Shown: piece by piece, positions 37,156-52,100 of the stretch
How positions within the stretch are numbered: position 1 is the first letter of the stretch
Layout: each line of letters starts with the position of its first letter
Assembly (NCBI GenBank): GCA_965112155.1
Contig: OZ218101.1
DNA: 64,000 nucleotides
Origin: Podarcis liolepis
Lineage: Eukaryota
Direction: 5' to 3' (one strand)
Position numbers and translations under genes: made by a program
Notes under the pieces: generated by a model
Database searches by the model: none
Told to the model about the DNA's origin: nothing
Seen by the model: only the letters and a program-made list of their open reading frames with translations

Positions 37156-40100
37156 TATTTCTCTCCCCCTCTTTCTGTTCCTCTAATGGTCACTACTTGC
37201 ATTCTTGCACATATGTCAAGCACCTGAGATCATTTGGGACTTCATATACTTTCCCTTCTCCCTAGTATATAGGCAAACCAAGTATTGGAGACGTCTTAGA
37301 ACCTCAGGAAATCTAGCTTTTTGCAACCACCACATTAGACTGGCAACAGAATTCCAGCTTACTTTCATTGTATGGAACAGTTTCTAGGACCTCCTGAATC
37401 AGCTTCTTCTCATTCAGTCGAAAAGACATGACAATCGCCTTGGTGTACTCCTTCTGAACCAGTACTTTACGAATACTGCTAGGGGTGATGTCAATTTCTA
37501 GGTCGTATGGATCAAAGACCAGACTAGAGTCCAAAGAATAGATAAGAAGACCTTCTGTGGTTGTTGCTGCCCAGCTTCGTCCTACAAGAGAAATATTGCT
37601 TGTGCTAGTTAAAATTGTTCATGTCTGAAAGGAGGAATATTGGAAAATTATATTAAAGACAGCTTTTATAAACCATGATCTTGAAGAATAAATCTACATG
37701 TACAAACAACTTTGTTCTTAAACTGTACTGGCTGGCATAAAACATGTACTTTCCACTAGTCAAATCAAAGTGCAAATAAGTGACAAATATCTAGTAATTA
37801 TGATTAGTTATGCTGTTCTAGGGGTGAACTAAGACAGCCATCTCACTCCAAAGCAAGTAATGGTGGGAACTGTAGTTTAATTCAATTCCCAGTTCCTTTA
37901 ACAAACTACAGCTTCCATGACACTTTGGGGGAAGCCCTGTGCTTTAAATGTGTGGTGGGACTCTACCCTGCCCCTGTCCCTGCAGATCCTTGTTTCTTCA
38001 AGTTTCCTTCACTACTCCTTCCTGCTGCAAATGAAAGGCAGAGGTCTGATTGGTTGCCTCTCAATGCTGATGGCAAGAGATGGATGCACAAAACAGCATA
38101 TGAGGAGTGTTAGGGAAAACACTCAAGGCAGAGGCATAGCATGGGGAGGGCCAGGGGGGCATGATTTTGAGGGAGCACAAGCACACAGGGATCCCCACAT
38201 GTTTCATATGGGCATCAGTTTTGTGTGGATACCTATTTGGACATTTGGAAGGCTTCTTAACGTATGTTTAATTTAAGATTTACTTACTAATGGTGGTCTA
38301 TCTTTAGTATTATTTGTATATGCCAGTTATCATTATCCCTTTTTCTCTTCTTTTATTTCCTCTTTTTCCTTGTTCTTCTCATTAAATTCGCAAACAAAAA
38401 AAATATTAATAGCAATTTTTAAAAAGACAGCCCCTTCCATTTCTTTTAAACCACCACAACCTGATCCTAAAAGCAGCAGCACACCATTGCCAGCTCCCTT
38501 CTAAAAGCACCCACCGGTAGGAGAGAAGCGGAGGCTCGTCACTCTTATTTCTGGTTTAAAGGATCGAGAACTCATGTCACCTGAAACAAAGTAAAAGACA
38601 AATTCAATTAAGTTAAATATTAACTTTCTTGTATCAACCATGAGAATCTATGTTCATTCCATTTAGTTAGCCATCAGTACAATATTCCTAAAAAAGGTTT
38701 AAAACTGTTTGCCAGAGTAAAATGTTTAAACAGCATAGTAAAAACTACATTTTCGGCTCTATCCAACACTGAAAGCTTCACACAACATGTGAAGCTGCAT
38801 GCAATGGAACTTCCTCTCACGTACCCCACCAGTCCCACTGACACACTCAAAATAAGTTTTTGGAGGGCTGGGGAAGCCCTGGAGCAGCTTTTGCTGATGT
38901 ACCAGAAAAAGAGAGGCAATGAAAGTCCTGTTGCACAAGTGGAACTCTGCTTGCGCAGTGTTGGATACAACCCATTTCCTTCCCTATCATCACTGTCACT
39001 GAACAGTACAGATTGTTGCAGGAATCTAGGAATCTAGGAATCTGCCTATCCTTCTGATTGCAACATTGGATGGGGCTGATGGGAGCAAAAGCAGATTAAG
39101 ACAGGTAAACTGCAAGAGAACACAGGAAAGAGGCAACAGGGACAACTTCACAAAACAGGGATGGATGTGAAAATGCTGGTGGCGACCACAGTGCTGGAGG
39201 CACTGAATCACTGCCCCAGAACCATCACAGAATGTGAAACTGATGGCTGCATTGACTTCAGCATTTTGAAATCTTAAATTCCAAGCGCCCATTCTCACAC
39301 AATGGCAGGAGATGTCAAAAGAAGACCAAGTGCTATTAGCTGGACTCCCAGCTTAAAAAAAAGGTTTGATCACCGCTTTAGGAAGTAAAAGTGAGAAAGC
39401 ATAAACAAAAGGCTTGCTTTGCGTGTTCTCACCCTTTCCATTCCTCCCCGACTCAGCAAGGGAGCTTCCTAGCTCACAGAGTACCTGGCACACAGGAAAC
39501 AGCAGATAAGCTGAAAATTGTGAAATGGAAAAAGATACCTCTTTTAACTCCCGGAAGAGGGATTGCAACATTATCATCATCCCCAGTTCCTTCATCTATT
39601 AATGCCATGCTACCAAATTCAGTCATTTTCCTGCGATCCAAGTACTCCTGTAAAATTGAAAAACAGCAACAACATTGAAAAGCTTATATTCTTTTTTTAA
39701 AAAATAATATTTATTACTTTTAAACCTTACAAAGAGAAGAAAAGCAAAGAAAAAGGAAAAAAGAAAAGAAAAAAGAAGAAAAAACATACAGTACAATATA
39801 TAAACAATACACAACACAACACATTAAACAAAACAAAAGCAAAAACAATTCAAAAAACACACATCATACCATCTCGATATCCTCTCTTTCATTCCCTTGT
39901 TTCATCGACCTCCTCTCACCTCCCTTTTTGTATTCCATTTCTATTAATTATTTCAGCAAATCCTTTCCATCTTTCTCTATTTTCTGTCATATAATTATCT
40001 TAACATATTTTAACCTTATTTTCCATTAAAACTATAATAGTTATTTATGCTTAATTCCTTAAAACATTTCTACTAAAGCCATATAATTTCCTTCCAACAT

Positions 40101-43100
40101 TTTTCTAACACTCATTAATTTTACATTATTTCCATATATAGATTTTAAACTTTTTCCAATATTCTTCCACTGTCTCTTCTCCCTGGTCTTGGATTCTGCC
40201 AGTCCTATCCGTCAATTCTATATAGTCCATCAACCTGGTGATCTTCTGTCTGAGGCTCTTAACTCTTTTCCAAGTTCCTTCTGCGAGTCTTCTTCATGTT
40301 TATACATGCACTTTACTTTGTCTTCTCCTGAACTTGTTCTTATTTTCCTTCCTTTGATGCTGAAAAGTAGATCTCGGGGAAATTCCCACCTAACAATGTT
40401 TTTATTCCTTCTCGGCAAATCAGCCAAATCTCCATAGTCACAAGTAAAATTCGCAAGATATTTCCAGTCGTATTTCAAAGTTCCTCCAAGTCTGGTGGTC
40501 CCCACATCTCCAGTCTCCTCCTGACCCAAGTCCAGGTCCCAAAGGTTAATAACTCCCTGCATGCAGGGATCTATCCAACTTTCCTTCTCCAGTCCGAGCG
40601 GGGCTCCAGTCCTCAAGGTCTGGGTTTCTCTAAATTCAGTCATAAAAGGCATCAACTTATAGTCATCAAATTGCACCCGCAAGGCTGGGGCTCTAACAAC
40701 TTTCTCCCCCGCCTTCTCCTCAATTTGCCATGTCAAAGTAGATCCCTGTATCGATTCCTGAATAGTTTCTGTATTAATATTCACTTTTTGTCCCAGGTTA
40801 GTCACTTTTTGTTCCAAGTTGTCAACTTTTATAATCATCACATCCGTCTTCCTATGGAGCTGTTCCAGTGAGTCATTAATCTTACATAATGCAACCACTA
40901 AGGCTTCTTCTGTCAACATTCTTAACGGTCCAAGGTCAATCCCAGATTCCCACGGTCTTGTCTTACAGCTGGAAATTCCCCCAGCTCAGTTCATGTAACA
41001 ATTTCAAAGGCTTCCTCTAGGGGGAAACAGTTTCTATTTGTATCAATCCTTTTAAGCACAGTTCAAACAATAAAGTTAGTTTCAATCCTTTTTAAACGCA
41101 GAAGGAGACAATGGAAACAATATATTTCTCTTCTTTAACTTACTGTCAACAAACGATCTATTCACAGCCACTGAGCATATCCAAAACTTCAATCTTACTA
41201 GCAGCCCGTTTCCAGGTTCAGAGCGGTGGTAATTTGGCTTTCTTCACTCTCTCCTGCAGGCTTACGCGGTCTAAAAAATTCCCCCCTCCTCCTGCTTCCG
41301 AGGGGGGTTTGATGATTTTAGCCGATGGAAGTTTAATCCTTTATAAAAAGCTTTCCAAGACTTTAGCTTGCAGCCTTTTTGCTTCAGTCTATTTACAAAA
41401 GGGGAAGGCGGACTTCCTGTTTGAAACCTCCCCGTTTCGGTACCAAATTAAGACGTTTAAAAATCCAATTTTCCGTTCTACTCATGGGTAGTTGTTTTAA
41501 AATCAAATTGTCCACAGGAAAAAGTCAGCGCTCTCCGGCAACAGCAATGCGGCTTCACTCCGTGAAAGAAGCAGTCAATTCAAAGCACCGCGCCACTCAC
41601 CCCACGTCGCTCCGGATCCCCGAAACCGGGTTTCCCCGCGAGTAGGGGATGCGCAAAAGGTGCCAGCTGAAACCCACGTTTACAGGCTTCTCCCGCCTGT
41701 GATTTTTTGTGGGTCCCCGCCTTCGCCATGGCAGCCAGACCCTAATTTCCACAAAGCGAATTCCTCCCAATCAGAGGAATTCAGCCATTACCGGAAGGAA
41801 AAGCTTATATTCTTCAGGTAGAAGGCATGTGAATTCAGGTAAACTATTTGGAATTTCTATAATGTTTCAGAATATTTAAAGGGCTACAGCATTTGCTCAA
41901 TCTCTATCCCTCCAAATCTAAGATGAGCCCATGCTTTCTGGATAAAAGTCAAGCACTAGAAAGACAACATTGATTCATACCAGAAATAGGTTGGAATGTC
42001 ATAACTTTGGAGCACAGATTTGCATCACTTGGTCCAAAGACTGAATTCATTGACGGATTACAACTCAGGTTGCCACAGGGAAGCAGAAGCACAAACATAC
42101 TTCTGTTTAATAGTGTCATATAGATCATACCCAAACATACACAACAAATGAGGGGGAGGGCGGGGAATCAATCACTAACCTCCATTGCGTCCAAAGACAA
42201 GTTGCAAGATATTTCAAATTTCTTAATGAGCATCTGTTCCTTGACATGATAAATGCAAACAAACTTTGACTGCCCTCCTGCTAGAATACACTGCCCATCA
42301 GCTGAGTAACATAGAGTAGTAAAAGATCTGGGGAGGAAAACAAAGATATGTTAGATTTATGTTATAAGTCAATCCCTTCCACCAAGAGAGATATTCTGGT
42401 TATGCTGCAGATAGATGTCTGTTGTGCTAAGAAATTAGGTCCTCATTTCTCTACCCAACCATTCCAACCATAGACATCTTAAAATCATTTCTTCATGAAC
42501 TAAAGAGACTCAACACATAATAGAAAAAGGTCAGGATTGAAATAAACAATGTTGTGACAGCCTGAATACCATGGGGTTATTAATTATAGTAGAGCCTTCT
42601 ATTTTATTAGTGGGAGATTAAAAAAAAGAGAAAATACTCATCTCGCCTGACATGTTCATCACTGTTTAAAAACCTACCTGCAATAAGTTATTTCTTTGCA
42701 AAAATTATCTGAATAAGTTATCTGAATACAGTCCTTCAAAACATATGTCTGCCATTCTCTTACTGCCTTTGACTGCTAACATGGTAAGAGGGGTGGCTGA
42801 ATGAGCTCTAACAAATTGCAAGGTTACCTTTTGCACAGCAACAAGTAAAACCTAAGACTCTGACTACAAGTCTGACTACAAGCTCATAGCTGATGGGAGC
42901 ATTAAGTCAGATGACCACATCTTAAGAAGTTATTAAAACCAGATACTAATACAATCACATATGCACACTTTTATCTGCAGTAAGGAGACACATTTAATTT
43001 ACAAAACGTCACTAGGACGCACAAGAGAGCTTTCAAAGGCAGCCAGCAATGCACAAGCTTCCTACTTCTCTATTAAAACTAGTCTAATAAAACTCAAGTT

Positions 43101-46100
43101 CACCAGATACACAGGTAGTTAATTCCAACAACTATATTAAGTATCCCTAATTCAAAGGAAGGGAGCTACTCCTTCTTAGAATAGGGTCACAAATGGGTTA
43201 GATGACACCGGAGATCCCTCCCAACCCTGTGATCAAATAGTCAACCTACTTATGTAACAAGCAAATAGAAAGAGAACCTATCCAGTTGGCGCTGACACAA
43301 AACCCCACACATACATGATAAAAAACAATATAAGTTTCACCACCACCCCTGCTCTCCCCTTCTCTCCATCCCTGACCTTATACTGTACTCAACACTAATG
43401 TCTCATAACAAATGTAACTGATCTGTAGAAAAGGCTTTACAACCTGAAAAAAGAGACAAGGCATGTACTTCTGTAAACCAAGAAAAAAAATATATTTTTT
43501 TAAGGCTACCTACTTCCCCTTAGCAGATTGTTTGGCGGTTATTTTGTCCAGCTCTTTTCTGCCCATCTGAAGGTCATGTCGCCCTACAATTGATCCAGTC
43601 TGCACAGCATTTTCATGGTCCCAGAAAGTGATCTGTCCATCCAAGGAAGCAACTGCAAGTTCATTGCCATCCGGACGAAAAGCAACAGCGAGCACTGAAA
43701 AAGGTAAGGGAGCAAAACCAAAAGTCACGCCTTCCTGTATGTACATTTCGGCCACATTGCCCTCAGTTGTTAAAAAACACACACAGATAAACTCAATGAA
43801 ACCAGATTCAGAACTTCCAGAAATCGCACATGAAGACACACACTCAACACATAACATATCCATCGTCACAAAGACTATATATAATGCTGTGCTGTATAAA
43901 GTCGTGCTGAAACATAACCATTTATCCTGGCATTTTTTTCATTTCTGAACCTTTTGCAGTTTACATTTAAAAGCAGGTACTGCTAACACCTGCTGTACTG
44001 GGTTGGTTGGTTTTTAAAAGCTTGGTATTGCCAAGCTTTTATGCAATGACTGCATTTACTCATTTTAATATGAATCTTATAATGCTTGCTCATTGACTGT
44101 TTCTCATCTGATCCTTCAGCTTGTTATTATAGTATTTATTGCAGTTTATGGTGCACTGCATGTTTTGCAACCTGCCCTGGGACTGGGCAACAAAGAAGGG
44201 AGAGAGAGACAGAAATGCTTCAAGTAAATACAAGTAAACACAGATGTACAAATTAAGTTCCAGTCGTGAGGAAAAAGCTGCATTATATGCAAGCTTTCTT
44301 CCCAGAACCTAGGGCCAGCTGAAGCTTTAACCAGCCACCCAACATCACTTGGAGAACATAGCTGCCTGCAGTCGCACAAGAGATTTCCAAGGGACTCACC
44401 ATCCGAGTTCAGTGCCAGTGTTTCCTTGGTCCTCCAGCTATCCAGCATATCCCACAACCTGACTGTCTTATCCCAAGAGGCACTTGCTAGGACACACTTG
44501 ACGGGATTAAAACACAGGCTACTGATGGGGCCTTCATGACCAGCTAAGACCTAATGGAGAAAAGCCATGTATATGTTGGTTTACACAGGATCTTATACAG
44601 GGAAAACAATAATCCACAGATGGAACTATATGCATACAAAATGCAAAAGTTGCACATTAGAGATTTCATTACTGGGTTGCAATTCCCAACATTTAAAGTT
44701 ACTATAGTATATGACTTTTGGGCCACATTTAAAATCAGCAAAGCACATGACCAGATCCTTCTAATGCACCATCAAATCAGTGCAAGGATCCAGGATCACA
44801 AGCGCTAGGACTTTCAATATAGCAACACTAGAACAATCACTGTATCGCCATCACAGCTGTGGATCAGCAATGCAAGACACGACTATTTGGCAACAGATAT
44901 CATTGCCAGATTCAGCACGGCAGCACACACGGAACAGCTAACATACAGGGGATCATAATGGGAGTGAAAATGATAGGCAGACCTCTCCACTTGCTCTACA
45001 AAGGATTCTGTTGAAACTATGAAGACACAGGGAACACCAAGTGGGCACAGCTGTGCCGATCAATAGGGTTTGATGTTAGAAGCTGAATTTATATGCAAAA
45101 ACTGAACATTAGCTAGTAAGATAAATTAAAGATATGCCTATTTTTAATCATGCTCAACTCACTCAAGTTCAATGATTGTTTTCAATCCTGCAAACATCTA
45201 CGGTCTCTGCTCTAAGGATGGAGTCAGCCTCAATTAAAAGCAGTTTCAAAAGGAATTGAGACAACCAGAACAAAATGTCTCTTACATCTAAGAGTCGCCC
45301 ACTCTGCACTGACCACACAAATACTTCAAAGGAGTCCTGAGAACCAGCTGAAACAATCTCGCCACTGGAGTCCACAGCCAAGCAAGAGAACTGAGTTGGT
45401 CGTGGGGAAGTGAAGGTGCGGAAATTGCGGTACCTGTTTAAAACATGCAGGAATGTGATTTAAGGAAGAACTTTGGTGCCTGTATACTATTCTAGGTAAA
45501 AGTCCCTCAGTGATATCACAAAAAGTGATGGAATATCCCAAGTGATGGAATATTTATACAACCAAAGCCTAGGCTTCTCCTCAATGGAGAAGGCTAGGCT
45601 TTGGTTGTTTCTGAAACTGGGTGCAATTTTTCTATTGGATACTTTCAAATTATGAAATGCTCACATGACACAATGGCACAAGAGGAGTGTACCACATCTA
45701 ACCAAACAACATTCTAGATATTAATTAGAAATATTCCCTCTAAATTCTCTGGTTTTCCACTCCAAGCTCAGGGAAGAGAGAATTTTGCTAGGGGGGTAAA
45801 AGAATAATTTACCTGTGCAAATCAAAAGCTCGAACTGTCCCATCTAGGGAAGCACTCAGAATGACATATCCTGAAGCAGTAAATGTTACGGCAGATATAC
45901 TGCTTGTATGTTCTGTAAAGGTTACAAAACAGAAACCACTGCTGGTGTTCCACACCTTCACCTGAAAATAAAACAGAAAATGCTCCAGTAAGCTTCAGAA
46001 ATATTCCTTTTCTGGGACTGACACAGTATTGAGATTCAAGTCTCTGAAAGAACATTCCAGTACACCACACTTAGCAGAGCTAAACTTCCAGGGAAGTTAA

Positions 46101-49100
46101 GCAAGTCATTCAAAATCACACATGCAGAAGCCCAAGGACATGAATTTATCATTTTGTCGTCAGCCGGAAACATCACTGACAACATGATCTGGCCAGACAT
46201 TACGAGTCGCTACAGCCAACCAAGAACGTGGTCAACTTCCATGTTACACAGCTTTGCTTCTGCTCCAAATATACACTAATGTCTTTTTTCTAAAAAAATA
46301 ATGCAAGCATCAGCCATAGCAAACAGGAGTGACAACATATCCAAAATAAATTAAGGTTCCTAGCTCCTAGGAACTTTAAGAGCTCCTTTCTTAGTATCTT
46401 TATTGCATATGTCCAGAAATTGCAGGTTTTAGAGAGTTACAAACTCCATGTTCAATAACATGCGGCAGACTTACTTTCCCATCATCTCCGCCAGTGACTA
46501 AGTACTGTCCATCTGGAGAATATGCAAGAGAAACCATGCTGTTGAAATGGCCTTGCTGCTTCAGCACATAGGACTCGCTCTGCCATTCCCAAACCAGAAG
46601 CTGCCCCAGACCTGTAAGGATAATGACAAGTAGTACAGACTCAAATACAACTATTCAATCTATACATTTTCCTGCAGCACCAATACATAGAATACACCAA
46701 CAAACACAAAGCTAAGTCTGTAAATTGTAGTTAATGAGATCAGAAATATGGTGGGTGAAAGAACTGAACCAATCAAGACTGACCAAACTGGATTAGCATT
46801 TCACCGCTCTCAGGGTTCTACTGGATTCTTATTTTTTACACAAACTTGTGCTTGCCCATATTCACAAGGACAATGTGATGCATGAACTGGCAATGCAACA
46901 CACATTGCCGTGACCAAGCCTTATGAGGAATGGTCGAGGGAGCTGGGTATGTTTAGCCTGGAAAAGAGGAGATATGATAGCCACCTTCAAATATCTAAAA
47001 GGCTACCACATGGAAGATGAAGGAAGCTTGTTTTCCCCTGCTCTAGAGGCTAGGGCCCAAACCAATGTAATCATGTAAGAAGAAAGGAGATTCTGACTAA
47101 GCCTGCTATTGTTCGTGATTTCATAACCCAGCTTGATAAAGAAATGGGTCCAACCTCTCTAATTTTGCCTGGATGTGATAACTTTCCAAAGTCTCTAAAG
47201 GAGCAATCATATGCACAAGAAGATGACGCAAAGCAAGCTGGTGTAGGTGAAGACAGCATGAAGTGAAACCTGATCCAAACACTGTCCAACAGTGGGGCTG
47301 CTGCTCTGCAAGCCTTTCAAGGTGTAGTCTATGGCAGGGCATGCAACCAAACTGAATGGGCTCAGGATCCAGCCTAAGTCGGAGAGAGGGCGCTGGTCCT
47401 GCCCCAGCCATGACCTTTTCTGGGAGCTTACACCAGCTTGGCTTACCAGCTTTACCTCACCTGGCTGAACCTTGACTAAGCAAAGATAAGCAAGTTATGC
47501 TACGGTGTCTTCAACAGTGTCAGCATTGGGGACTTCTTAACACCAGCAGAGCTGAAGATTTAAGCTTCTCATCCCAGCAGCCCCCCATTTATATCTAAAG
47601 GAATTTCCACAGATGAAGTGTGTCAAAGGGTTCTCTCAACATAACTGACTGTATAAACAGGCCCTCATTCAACTCTGTGTCTTATAGTTACACACCTGCA
47701 CATCCAAAAGCAATCCAGTCACCAGTACTGTTGATAGAAATAGATGCGATCCTTTGGTCCGAAATGCTAAGTAGCAAAAAGAAAGAAAGAAACTGCTTAA
47801 TGCGAAGCATTTGGGTGACCATGCTAAAATTTCAGACCCATATAAAATAATGCATTATTAAGTCACAAGAACCTGTAGATGAAGAAAGGACACTAATACC
47901 AGCATCACTCTGTCCAAGCTTATAAAGCAGAAATTGCTTTTAAATAAAAAAAAGATTTGTTCTTTCTCTAGAATTACATTTCTGTACAATAAGCAATATC
48001 CATACTTACCTTAAAGAATGGATGAGATTGAATTCTGGAAGTTCGTGGAGGTGAAAAATTCCAGACGCAAAGCCAGTGACTAGTAGGTGAATTTTCTTGT
48101 GGTAAGCTGCAGCTGTCAAGGTGTTAAAATCACCTTCTTTGTTGAAAAAGTATCTGAGAAAACAATTGAAATATACTACTGACATATGTTTAATACAGGG
48201 CATATTTACCACTCAATTAATTTCATAATACACCAGCAAAAGACCAACGGTACTCTGACATTTTGGAAATGAAGTAAAAACAAGTAAAGAAGGGTAGCAA
48301 TCTCTTAAAAATCCAAGCAATGTCCAACCCGCCACTTAAAAAAAAAATGCTATAAAAAAAGTCAAAGGAAAAAACAATGTTGTGGTTAACACTGGATACC
48401 ACCAGCAGTAGCTTCCACCTGCCCATGCACTGTCCGGCACAGTGGGGACTCGGCAGCAGAGCAATGCCTGCCCCCACCCCCTGGTTAACCAATGAATCAG
48501 GGGATAGAATTGCTCGGTATGGCATTTTTCTGTTCCACCTCTAACATGTCCACTTCAGATCCTGCCACATTGACAAGGGAAGTCTGAGCCCGTTTCTTAT
48601 TAACTGGATGCTTGTTAAGACAGTGTTGTCCACCGCAAGGGAAAGTCTAAGTGCTTTCAGTTGAACATGCTTGGAGATTGTGGTGTGGGAGATCTTCACA
48701 CTTTAGAAGGTTAGAATGCCATAATCCTAATCAAGAGTCATGCCTGCAGCACATTCATACTGTGACAATGAGACAGTCTAATGGAACTGTTTTGTTTTCA
48801 TATACACTGGCTTTGACTACATGACCAAGCTCCTGGTTGCAACATATTCCTCCTTTTCTCTCTGGAAGATCACTTACTTGGCAGCACATGAGTATTTTAC
48901 TCTCTTTCCCTTCTCTTTTTTCTTATGTGTGCTGGCTTTCCCATGGACCTCTTTGCCCTTCTGTTCTTCCACCAACTCTTCATCTAGGCCTTCTGCCAAT
49001 TCTGCCTCGTCTTCAGTTTGATCTTTTGGGGGTCGAACTTTCAAACCATCTAGTTCTGTATCGCACTGCCAAACACACAAAGCCCCATCTCTGCTGACAG

Positions 49101-52100
49101 TGTACAACTGGAACACCAAAACATAACAGTTAACATCATTGCACAACTGAAATGAGCCTTAAGCAAATGAGCTAAACAAACATTTGATGTCACTATGCTC
49201 AACTGAGAGTCGAAAGGATACTTAGCTCAAAAGACTGCAATTCTCTAAGAATAAAATGTTCTCTCATGAAACTGTAAAACAGAATCTTGTAAGCTACTTG
49301 ACTTACAAGGAAAAAAATGACCACAGTTCAGCGAAAAAGCATCTCCCTTGCAACATAGTCATGCAGATCCCCAATTTAATCTCTCATGTCTCCAGATAAG
49401 AGCTGTGAAAAGCTCCTGCCTAAAAGCCTGGAAACTCACTACCAGTCAGTATAGACAAGACTGAGCCTGATAGATTAATAGCTAGATTCAGTATGAGCCA
49501 GCTTCCTGTGTACCTAATTACAAAGACATTATCTTTCAATTTGAACTTATTTGAGAGAAAGCAAGCTTGGATGTGAGATGTCTAATAAACTGAATTTTTA
49601 GACCAAATATAAAGCCTTGTTGAGATCCTACTTTATCTTACGTTTATTGTACACTTTTGAGCTCCGCTGTATACATACATTCTAAATATATACATTAATT
49701 AACTGCCAATGTCCAAAATCCGTAACAGGCCCCTTCTGGACTTAGATATATGGGAACATAATATATCTGAGGTGCTGATTGCTGGCTTATTTCTGGGCAC
49801 CCAGGATATCAGTTCTGGGCACTTTTTTTAAAGAACTGCCACTGCCCCCCAGATAAGCAATCTGCAGAAGACCCCTACAGTATGTAAACACCTTGAGGAA
49901 AGTAGACTATATACAGCCTTTCATTGACTTGTGCCATATAATTATCCAAAAGCAAAGTACACTAACCATAAAAACCAATGCAATATATATAGAAGAGGTA
50001 CATACATCTAGACTGTTTCCTTCAAAAAAACAGGCAACAATGGCATCCTTATGACCTCCCAATGCATAATAAATCAGATTGGCCCAGCGCTCTGCTCCAA
50101 ACACCCACGTTGACATATCTTTGCTTCCTACTGCAAAACATCTAGAATAAAAGAATCGTGGTTAGAACATCTCAAAAAGTACATCATAGTGGAGATGTCA
50201 ACAAGCAGTTTATACTGCTCAACTCTCTAGTGAGAGTGAGAGGCTTTGCAAAGATAGCAAGGAATGAAGAGACAGATTTGGATCCAAAGGTTCACTGCCA
50301 CTGGAAGGAAATCATGGGATTCCAAACCACAGTTCCCAGTTCCCGCTATCTGAGTGGATAGTCTCTCCAGTTTATACTGGGAAAAGGCATTCGGTCAATC
50401 CCTTACTGCTATTGGCCAAAGTGTGTACATGTGGATGTACAAAACAGAGGTAATGGAAATAGATCAGTGGATGCTTAATGATATTAGAAACTGATTTAAG
50501 TAAACTTTTATAGACAGTGAATTCCGAGAAATACATTATATTTATTTGAAAGAGGAGAAAATTAAGGAGTCATTTTTTATATATTTCAACAAACCTTTTT
50601 TAAAGAATGGAATTATTGTATGAAGCGATGGAAATTATTGCATTACAAATCTTAAGTTGGATTCAGAGATCCATGTGAGGATTTCTGCTCAATAAATGGG
50701 ATGTTTCCAGGTCTAATTCACAGAAGAGTGGGGAAGGCAATTTTCACTGGTCCTTCTCTTCTACAATACTCTGCACCTATACACCCCATCTACTCTGGAG
50801 GGTTGGGGAACCTCTGGAACAGTGTAAGAAGTGGCAGCAGAGAGCTGTAAGAGGAACAGATTTAAAAAAGTGTGTCCCTCTTTCTATTCAGGGAAACTTG
50901 GGCTTGACTGCAGCACCTTCTGTGTAGAGAAAGAATCTTTCCATTTGCAGACAGGTTCTGCTGGACCCAACCCTCTGTTTACTTTAATAAAAATTGTTTA
51001 TTAACTCAGGAGGTAACAAAATCTCTATTAACAAATGAAAAATGTGGACAATGGAGAATCCTGAAACAATAACCTGAACTTTTAGCATTACTGTTAAGGG
51101 AATTTATGAGGTGAGGCACTACCTAAATACACTCTCCTAAAAAGAGCAATGCAAGATTTTCTTTTCTTTTCTTTTCTTTTCTTTTTGCAATGCAAGATTT
51201 TCAAAATTATCAGCAGATACAATCAACCCAATTCGCATTGGCTTTCAATGTATTTGCTCATTTTCTATGTTGCCTTGGTAAACTGCATATATTAAAACTT
51301 ACTTAGAATCATCTGTCCAATCAATGCATGTTGTTTCGTCATATGCACCATAGTAAGTTGTGTCAAGGACAAACGCATTAAATTCTCGCTTTTTTCCTGG
51401 GGCATGGTACATCAGAGCAACGTTCTCCTTTGTGACCACAAATTTCCTGTTTAACATAATATGAAAAATGAACTTAACATACATAATTATTCAGCAGAGA
51501 AATAAAAATGAACAAGATAACACCAAGCGCATGTAATCAGATAATGCAGTAGAACTGTGCAAGTTTCCAAGGTTTATACATCTACACACATACATAAACA
51601 TAAGTGAAAGTCTGTATTTACAGCTAGATAGTCATTTGTAATTATTTTGTCACCAGACACTTTTGTATAAGAAGCATATTGATTTTGGGTGTATAAAGGT
51701 GATCCAGTAAAAAGGGTCACGTTTCCTACTGTGTCTATTACTTCCCAACTCCTATGATAAGCAAAATTCATTTCAACAACTGGTACTACTATCACTTATA
51801 CATACAAAAAAAGCACAAAACCAGGAAGTTTCTCTTACTTTCCATTTGGGGAAAAACAGACACTGTGTACAGGTTTCTGAAAATGGAACTGATGAATCAC
51901 AGATTTACTGATCAAGCTGACAAGTAAGGCAGCTCCCTCTGTTGGAAAAAGAACAAATAGATTGAGCATCATTTATATTCAGCCCAATTTCAAACTCAAA
52001 TTTCTAAATGAAATAAAAGAGTCATGTTATTCAAGGGACTATAATAAAAGCAACATTTTTTGCCTTGATTGTAGAATAAAATATATAAAAGATAGTTATA

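Noticed and set aside
38581-39538. PWP2 intron 16 donor GTATCTTTT resembling a U12 site
   Set aside because: No TCCTTAAC branch site near the acceptor, which has a normal pyrimidine tract and CAG; most likely U2-type.
49213-49222. Minus-strand GTATCCTTT in PWP2 intron 6
   Set aside because: Not at an exon boundary; the exon chain is complete and in frame without it.
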